Assembly: GCA_900128395.1 (NCBI GenBank) | Contig: LT649246.1 | Coordinates: 1 to 64,000 of the forward strand | Direction of reading: 5' to 3' | Length of the DNA: 64,000 bases | Source: Stramenopiles sp. TOSAG23-2 | Taxonomy: Eukaryota | Shown here: piece by piece, positions 56,948 to 64,000 of the stretch | Layout of the letters: each line of letters starts with the position of its first letter | Numbering within the stretch: the first letter of the stretch is position 1 | Notes under the pieces: model-generated | What the model saw: the letters and a program-made list of their open reading frames with translations, nothing else | What the model was told of the DNA's origin: nothing | The model's database searches: none | Position numbers and translations under genes: made by a program

Positions 56948-59050
56948 ATGTCAACCAATATAGAACTGCCTGCAGATGTGGAAGAGTTGAAAAAACTTGT
57001 TTTAACTTTACAAAAACAACTTGCAGCAGCCGGTGTAGATCCATCAGCGGCATCGATATCACTAGATAAAGCAAAAGAAATGCTTACAGCCGCATTGACA
57101 CGTTTAATGGAAGGGGATCAAAAGGCTCAAGGTGAATATGATAAATGGGATAAACTTGTTTCGACACATCCTGAGCATTTAGAAGAACAAGAAAAGAAAG
57201 AAAAAGAATGGGAAGACGAAATGGAAAAAAAATGTAAAGCAGCATTGGAAGAAATGAAAGAAATTATTCCATCGAATATAAAACAAATGAAAAAAGATGA
57301 AGTGGAAGGACTTCCAGGGATGCATGCATCGTTGGCAAAAAGGTTACTACGGAAAAAAGCACTATGGCTTCTTCACGTACCAACAGAAGATATCTCGAAA
57401 TATCATGCTGCTGATTTAATGGTAAAATTCTCTATTAACGGTTTGGACTTTAGGGAATTAAAAGCATTATACGCAGTAGTACCGAAAACAATGGACAATG
57501 ATGCGGATGGCAGAAAAACGGAATGGCGAATACAATTGAAACGAAAATTAAGAGAATATAGTGACAAAGAAATAAGTGGCAATTTGCCACAAAGCAAATT
57601 GATTAGCCCCGATTATTCAGAGAAAAAGATTACATCCAGAAGGAGATCAACTGGTTCAATGAAGAATCCATTTGGCAAAAAAAAAATAGGTGGAACAGGA
57701 GGTATGGGAAATTTAGCTGCGATGTTGGAAATGAAATTCAAATCGAAAGGCATGAAGAATTCTCCTGGTCCATCAAAAACAAAGAAAAATAGTAAAGTAA
57801 AAGGCAAATTAGGTGGCATTGCATCTAAACTAGAAGGAAAATTATTTAATAAAGGAGGTGGACTACTAGGTGGTAAAATTAAAAATCGCCGTGCATCTAT
57901 TTCTGGACCAATGACTAGTAATAATAAATTGAAAAGTACAAAACTAAAAGGAATTGCTAGTGCATTGGAAGGCAAACTATTCAATAAAAGTAACAGTGCT
58001 AGCAAAAGCAATAGCATTGGAAAGACGCCTGGAGTCCGGCGCAAAAGCAAGAAAATGGCTGCATTATCAAGTGCACTTGAAAATACATTATTTAAAAATA
58101 AAGGTAGTACTACTGGTAGTAGTAGTAGAAAAAATAATAAAAATAGCAGCCGTAGTGGTTCCAACGTCGGTAGTTTAAGTGGGAAAAGAACCGCATTTTT
58201 GAAAAATAATACTAGTAATGAGAAACGAAAATTGAATGGTAACGAAGGAACCATAGGGGAATCTGGGCGACGGATAAGTACGGATATAAGAACATCACCA
58301 GATGATGTGGCATCTCCAGATTTAATGGATGTTATAAAGAAACATAACAAAGTTAAACGTAAAATAATGTTTCCAAGTTCATCATCAGCATCAAATGAAG
58401 ATGATCTTGATACGAAGAAAGGGGAGGAGGAGGAGGAGGAGGATAAGGCAGTATCTAACGAAGACGATGACGATAGTATAAAGAAAACAAAAGGAAAAAA
58501 ATTGAAAGGAGGTGAAAAAGCAACTGTTATTAAAAAAGATGACATCGTATTGAATGGAAAGAACGTCGTAGTTGTTTCGAAATATTATGCATATGCCTTT
58601 ATATTTATCTTTCTACTTATACTTGGAATTTTTATCAAACCGTATATGGTACCATCCAATAATAATAATGCTGTGATATATGACACAGAAAAAAAGAGAC
58701 AACAAGAGGAAGAGGAAAGGGTTAAAATAGAAATGGAAACAACGCGAACTGAAAATAAAAAGAAAGTAGAAGAAGAAAAAAAACGTAAGATAGCTGCATC
58801 AGCTCCACCAAAGCATAAAATTAAAAAAACTTGCCAAGCGAAAGGTGGATATGGTGCAGGATGTGTATATACTTCTGATGGTGCTGTATCATTAAATGCT
58901 GGAGAAGAAGATGTAACGTTGAAAAAAGATACAAAACCAGATCCAGAAGCTGTTGCTAGAGCACAAAAAGCTCGACAAGTACAAAATCGAAAATCAAAAT
59001 ATAAGAAATGGCAAGAAGAGAAGAAGAAGAAAAGTGCTACTACTGCATGA
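56948..59050 (+). CDS. Hypothetical protein: helical N-terminal domain, Lys/Gly/Ser-rich linker, single TM
   Basis: 700-aa ORF; TM YYAYAFIFIFLLILGIFI. Confidence 0.8.
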   Translation: MSTNIELPADVEELKKLVLTLQKQLAAAGVDPSAASISLDKAKEMLTAALTRLMEGDQKAQGEYDKWDKLVSTHPEHLEEQEKKEKEWEDEMEKKCKAALEEMKEIIPSNIKQMKKDEVEGLPGMHASLAKRLLRKKALWLLHVPTEDISKYHAADLMVKFSINGLDFRELKALYAVVPKTMDNDADGRKTEWRIQLKRKLREYSDKEISGNLPQSKLISPDYSEKKITSRRRSTGSMKNPFGKKKIGGTGGMGNLAAMLEMKFKSKGMKNSPGPSKTKKNSKVKGKLGGIASKLEGKLFNKGGGLLGGKIKNRRASISGPMTSNNKLKSTKLKGIASALEGKLFNKSNSASKSNSIGKTPGVRRKSKKMAALSSALENTLFKNKGSTTGSSSRKNNKNSSRSGSNVGSLSGKRTAFLKNNTSNEKRKLNGNEGTIGESGRRISTDIRTSPDDVASPDLMDVIKKHNKVKRKIMFPSSSSASNEDDLDTKKGEEEEEEDKAVSNEDDDDSIKKTKGKKLKGGEKATVIKKDDIVLNGKNVVVVSKYYAYAFIFIFLLILGIFIKPYMVPSNNNNAVIYDTEKKRQQEEEERVKIEMETTRTENKKKVEEEKKRKIAASAPPKHKIKKTCQAKGGYGAGCVYTSDGAVSLNAGEEDVTLKKDTKPDPEAVARAQKARQVQNRKSKYKKWQEEKKKKSATTA

Positions 59051-59258
59051 AGGAGGGAAGGATTGTGTATTGATGGTAGTGAGAGTTTATTTTTATACCA
59101 GGTATATTTTAATGTATGATATTTTATTTTTTTATTTTTAAAATTTGTTTGTATTTATTATGATATATATTCTGATTATACAAGTATGTACGAGCGTAAA
59201 AATAAAATATTTTTGTGTACGCACCTGTACACTCTCATCTCAACAATACTCTCAACTT

Positions 59259-61028
59259 TTAAATAAATCCATTTTGAACACGAGCACTGCTATGTGTATT
59301 CTTTTTCTTCACACCAAGACTTTTATCCAATATCATTTTTTTCGTTATATGACCTTCTTCATGCAATTCATACCCATGATGCCGTAAATGTTGATCCAAA
59401 TCTAAAGAGTTGAAATTCCAATCTTTTGCAACATATATAGTTGCTTCACCAGTTTCAAGTTCGATGGACGAGTACAAAACACCATCGGCTTGATTTATAA
59501 TTCTACCAACCGCATCAATACATGCCTCGCAACCCATATTATCAACAACATATGTTTGCTTTATCGCATTTGATGTCGGTGGCGCAATTGCAGGTCCACC
59601 TAATAACTTTAATCCTTCTGGCATATACATCAATAATATTGTTATGATAGTATTAATAAACAATCGCTTTTGAATTTGAGTAAAATATGATGTTATTTTC
59701 TTCTTATTCTTTGCATCATCTTTTTTTTTATTGTTTTTCGTCGTTATCTTACCTTTATTATTATTATTATTTCCTAATGCATGGTACCATAGAACAACCA
59801 ACCAGGTCAACGTTACAAATCTTAGGTATGGTCGCAATGGTCCTAAAATGACATTAAAACCAGCACAACCAATATGAACAATATCAAAAACAGAAAGAAT
59901 GTTCAATCCTAATTGTAACAAGCAACATGATGAGCTTAGAAGTCCAGCTAATATGCCTGTTGTAAAATGTGATATGCTGGTTGTTGTTGGTGTAGAATCC
60001 ATAGTCATCTCCGCCACAGTCTTTGCAACACTTGCTATTGCTGTGGGTTTACTTTTTCTTGTAACAACCTCGTCCTTCTCGTCATCATCCGAGGATAATG
60101 CAGTAATTTCATCAGGTCTTATTAATACTTTTTCCACGTTATTAATATTTGCACTAAATCCAATATCATTGATTCGGGTGGTAAGTAAAGGTACAGTATT
60201 TTCCCACGTATTTGTTTTCACAAATGCTTCTCCAGTTTCTAATACCACAGTTGAATGTCCTACAACACCTTTTGTCGACTCAATCGTATTTTTTATTGTT
60301 TGCACACACGCTATGCAGTTCATACCTTCAATTTTCAATTTATACTCTGATACATTTGCTTTCTCATCTGTATTACTCCTATTTTTTTCTTCCTTCGATG
60401 CATTACGGTGATCTTTATATTTTATGTAATAAAACAAAATTTCAGGTAAAAAGGTCAATGCAGAAGTAACTAAAATGGATATGTATGCACGTAAATATTG
60501 TTCCTCTTTTTCAATTGAAAGAAATTGCCATGTTTGTGTTATAGTAACAATAGAAACGAAAAATGGCCGCATCGGCCCTAACACTGAATTCAACCCAGCA
60601 CAACCAATGCTAAAACAATTTAATATCAGCTGAAAGGCACAGCAACTTGAACTTAAGAGTGATATAATTATCCAAGCTCCTAATTGATGCGAGAAGCTCA
60701 TTGCTTGATACAATATATAATCATATACGATAGTACACTTTTCTTTTAAATACCTATTCGTCAAAATTGCTTGTAAGATAAATATATTAAATGTTAACCA
60801 ATATAAATATTGAGAAAAAAACGTAGATGAAGATACTAAATAATATGATTTTTTCTTTTGCTGGTTTGTCACATCATCAGTCGTTCCTTCTTCTTTTTTG
60901 TTCTTTTTATCATTTTTCAATTTATTATTCCGTTCCTTATTATTTCTTGAGGTCGCCCGTGGCCTCTTGCTATTTTTCCGCACTTTCTTCTTCTTCTTTT
61001 GCGATGGTTGCTTCTTCCGTGTCTTCAT
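59259..61028 (-). CDS. Tandem (MerT-like membrane module + HMA domain) x2, putative heavy-metal transporter
   Basis: Two LLSSSCC...GCAG.N..LGP.RP modules, each followed by an HMA motif (IEGMNCIAC; VDNMGCEAC). Confidence 0.75.
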   Translation of the reverse strand: MKTRKKQPSQKKKKKVRKNSKRPRATSRNNKERNNKLKNDKKNKKEEGTTDDVTNQQKKKSYYLVSSSTFFSQYLYWLTFNIFILQAILTNRYLKEKCTIVYDYILYQAMSFSHQLGAWIIISLLSSSCCAFQLILNCFSIGCAGLNSVLGPMRPFFVSIVTITQTWQFLSIEKEEQYLRAYISILVTSALTFLPEILFYYIKYKDHRNASKEEKNRSNTDEKANVSEYKLKIEGMNCIACVQTIKNTIESTKGVVGHSTVVLETGEAFVKTNTWENTVPLLTTRINDIGFSANINNVEKVLIRPDEITALSSDDDEKDEVVTRKSKPTAIASVAKTVAEMTMDSTPTTTSISHFTTGILAGLLSSSCCLLQLGLNILSVFDIVHIGCAGFNVILGPLRPYLRFVTLTWLVVLWYHALGNNNNNKGKITTKNNKKKDDAKNKKKITSYFTQIQKRLFINTIITILLMYMPEGLKLLGGPAIAPPTSNAIKQTYVVDNMGCEACIDAVGRIINQADGVLYSSIELETGEATIYVAKDWNFNSLDLDQHLRHHGYELHEEGHITKKMILDKSLGVKKKNTHSSARVQNGFI

Positions 61029-61534
61029 TATTATAAATATTACATAAAAAATATTCTTTAAAATTGTTTAATTCCACATTATAACAAACTTTATCGATTA
61101 TGTATATAATTACATATATTCTTCATTGGTTATTATATATATTTGATTGAGGAATAATCTTAATCTTCGATCGAAGAATAACTATGTGCATTTTAATTTT
61201 TATAATCAGTGCTATGTCCATGTTAATTGTTAATGTATTATCTGCGAATTCTATTAAAAAAAAGATAATGTATAGCATGCGAATAGCACCACCACTGTGT
61301 GAACCACAGCAGGTAAGACGGTAAGACGCGGAAACGACGACCGAGACAAGCACCCAACACACATTGAACTTTCGAAAGAGTATGAAGAAAATATATATAC
61401 ATATATATCGTGAAACCAAAATATAATATACACACACACATATATATATACATAAAAACATAAATTGTACTTATTTATATATATAAAAAAAGAATTGAGC
61501 AACCCCACCCCCGCCTCCCTCCCACCTCTTAAAA

Positions 61535-62443
61535 ATGAATATTCGCGTAGTCGAAGATGTGCCGGAAGTCTTAATTGAATGGATGATCGAATATTTTGAT
61601 GGCGTAACATTATGTAAATTCATTGAAACTAGTATTTTGAAACAAATGAAGTCAAGAAGATTATCAAAACGTTGTTATGAAAAAATATTTAAATTTAAAA
61701 TACTAAATGGGTTGTATAAAATGATTGGTTGTAAGGATGGTTATAATGTATATAAAGTAGAAAAGCGCGATAAGCATCCTTCCGTTGAAAAAGCAGTTTG
61801 TGCTGCAAAATGTATTGCAGAAGTTGTAGCAAATTGTGATGGTATTGATGATGGGAGATATAAATTTTCATTTCCTTGCGTCGATTGGCCAGGACATACA
61901 AACGATACGGATCGTCCAATCGGTTGGTCAACAAAAAAGAAAGTGAAAATACAAAAAAATGGAGTTCAATACGATGATCCTGAATATGAAAAACCAAAAT
62001 ATGAAATTCAATTATCAAATAGTATAGAATGTAACCCACAATCTATCGTTATTCCTTTTGGAATTCCTTTAAGACTAGTTGCATCAAAAACATTAAAAGA
62101 AGAATTTCAATATTTAAAATTAAATGCATTGACACTTGCCGGTTCAAATAATAAATTAAAGTATGTTGAAAATGCAGGCAGGGCAAATGGATGGAATGTT
62201 GCTGAAATAATGAGATTACAACGGCATATAGTATCATCAAAAGCAGGAAAAAATATAATCCAAAGAAGATGTGAACAAGGAAGACGTATACAAGGTATAC
62301 GAAATATTACACCGGGAATTGTGGACCTACGTGTGAAAAAATACGATCTTGATGAAGTTATTTTAGAAGTTGTTGATATACGTCCAGATTATTTCGTTAT
62401 GGATAGAAGAAGACGATTACTACGGAGGATGTTACGATTATAA
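61535..62443 (+). CDS. Hypothetical protein, possible F-box-like N-terminus
   Basis: 302-aa ORF; DVPEVLIEWMIEYFDGVTLCKF. Confidence 0.6.
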   Translation: MNIRVVEDVPEVLIEWMIEYFDGVTLCKFIETSILKQMKSRRLSKRCYEKIFKFKILNGLYKMIGCKDGYNVYKVEKRDKHPSVEKAVCAAKCIAEVVANCDGIDDGRYKFSFPCVDWPGHTNDTDRPIGWSTKKKVKIQKNGVQYDDPEYEKPKYEIQLSNSIECNPQSIVIPFGIPLRLVASKTLKEEFQYLKLNALTLAGSNNKLKYVENAGRANGWNVAEIMRLQRHIVSSKAGKNIIQRRCEQGRRIQGIRNITPGIVDLRVKKYDLDEVILEVVDIRPDYFVMDRRRRLLRRMLRL

Positions 62444-62714
62444 AATATTTTTTAACTCTGAAAATAAATATTAATGGTCAATTTATTATAGTATAGAGTA
62501 TAGAGTATAGTCGGTCATCTTGTTGCATTAAGTATAAAATTATGTACTCTGATAAATATACCCTATATAATAATATAAATATATGATTAAAAAAAATATA
62601 GAATTTTAAAGATTTTTCTCCTTTTATTATATATATATCATTTTGCTTCTGTGTTTCATCATCGATGTAACACAAAAAAAAACAAATTAGTTGGATCGAA
62701 CGAAAAGCAATTTC

Positions 62715-63173
62715 TTATTGTGATTTCTTAGCTTTTTTTGCAGCTTTTTTATCTTCGTGTGCTTTTAATGTAACACTGGTCCATCTTGGATTTGCAAAGA
62801 ACCAGAAATGAACTGTTGCTAGGTAAAACATTAATGCAAAAACATATTGTTGTCGGAAAACAAATTTTCCATCCAATTTATATGCTTGGTATGCAAAGGT
62901 AGTAGCCATTGTAAACAATCCTAAGGCTGCTGCTTTACCATTCATTGTATTCCATCGAACAATATAAAAGGTTAAACAGCATAAAGTGAGGAAACTCCCC
63001 AATATCGCTACCAATGACAACATTTCAGGTGTTGGTGATGAGTCAAACATTGGTTCCATGGTAAAACCACCAACTTCAATTTTATTAAAGTAAATGTCCG
63101 GTTTGAAGAAAGCAATCATCCCAGTTGCAAAGCAAAAATATGCAGTCTTGTCAGAAAAATCTCCATGCGGCAT
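62715..63173 (-). CDS. Small 4-TM membrane protein
   Basis: 152-aa ORF with four hydrophobic helices and a basic tail. Confidence 0.7.
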   Translation of the reverse strand: MPHGDFSDKTAYFCFATGMIAFFKPDIYFNKIEVGGFTMEPMFDSSPTPEMLSLVAILGSFLTLCCLTFYIVRWNTMNGKAAALGLFTMATTFAYQAYKLDGKFVFRQQYVFALMFYLATVHFWFFANPRWTSVTLKAHEDKKAAKKAKKSQ

Positions 63174-63456
63174 GTTGTGTATATTTTTTTCTCAATATTA
63201 TAGTTTAATGTTTGTGTGTGTGTGACGTATTTCTATTATTGATTGTGTAATTATATTTCTAAATTAAATATGTTCTCTAGCAAGAATCAGTTCTACTATC
63301 TATTTTATAAATAACTTTATATTATATTTATTATTTGTTCTACAGTATGATGAGATATGATGTGAGGCTTCAATCATCAGAAGAACGATGTTTAAGGGAA
63401 TAGAACAATTGACCTTATCAAAATAGTAAGCACGTAATATCAAAATATCAAAATAG

Positions 63457-64000
63457 CCCTCGTTCCGAGTAGAGCATTCTAGAAGCAAAGGGTGCATAGT
63501 TTTAGTTTTGAATTATTACATAAAAGCAGGGAGTTCATTAGGTGTACACCAAGATGATACCTATCTTTTTTCTCGCCCTATTATATCAATTCGACTTTTT
63601 AGTTTTGAATTATTACATAAAAGCAGGGAGTTCATTAGGTGTACACCAAGATGATACCTATCTTTTTTCTCGCCCTATTATATCAATTCGACTTTTTAGT
63701 GATTCAATATTATCATTTGGTTGCAAAGGTATGGGAATGCAAGAGACCCCATATTATTTTCCTATTGAACAAAAAGTTGGCACAATCACAATCATGGAAG
63801 GTTTAGCAGCAAATAATATGTTACATTGCATACGTTCCCGTGATATTAAGCAAAAAAGTTTATCGATTATATTTAGACAAGTAACAGAAAAAGCAATAAA
63901 AGATATGCATTTGTTAAATTTAAAACGGGAAAGATGTAATATGTTAAAGGAGGATCATTTAATGCGTTGCATCACCACCGACGATACCATAGTACCAGAT
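63457..64000 (+). pseudogene. ALKBH5: ALKBH5-like 2OG-Fe(II) dioxygenase fragment interrupted by a 97-bp duplication; runs off the window end
   Basis: Removing one repeat copy gives VLNYYIKAGSSLGVHQDDTYLFSRPIISIRLFSDSILSFGCK...GTITIMEGLAANNMLHCIRSRDIKQKSLSIIFRQ. Confidence 0.7.
63500..63700. repeat. Tandem duplication, 2 x 97 bp plus 7-bp TTTTAGT junction microhomology
   Basis: 63500-63596 = 63597-63693, followed by TTTTAGT. Confidence 0.95.

Overview
AT-rich, gene-dense, intron-poor eukaryotic (protist) nuclear DNA in the standard genetic code. A heterotrophic stramenopile-like lineage is my guess from gene content and poly-Asn/AAT tracts. It holds about 25 genes, mostly single-exon. Recognisable ones: sphingosine-1-phosphate lyase, a Sel1-repeat protein, a GH18 hydrolase, AP-5 beta subunit, a dimethylglycine/sarcosine dehydrogenase-like protein, a GDAP1-like GST (one GT-AG intron), an L-type lectin, a MaoC-like protein, an ankyrin protein, a class-3 lipase, a double-C2 protein, TPR/Mlp1 and DUF547. 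Highlights: (i) a GATase-like + Zn-amidohydrolase-like + gamma-glutamylcyclotransferase three-domain fusion, plus a second GGCT fusion; (ii) a tandem (MerT-like + HMA)x2 heavy-metal transporter-like protein; (iii) an ALKBH5-like m6A-demethylase fragment missed by the ORF track and broken by a 97-bp duplication; (iv) the palindrome TACCWGGTA (10 copies, all intergenic) and two other position-biased intergenic motifs; (v) five 97-261 bp tandem duplications, several frameshifted genes, and decayed element-like patches sharing a 26-bp sequence. I found no rRNA, tRNA or CRISPR. All family calls come from motif recognition by eye, not from database searches.
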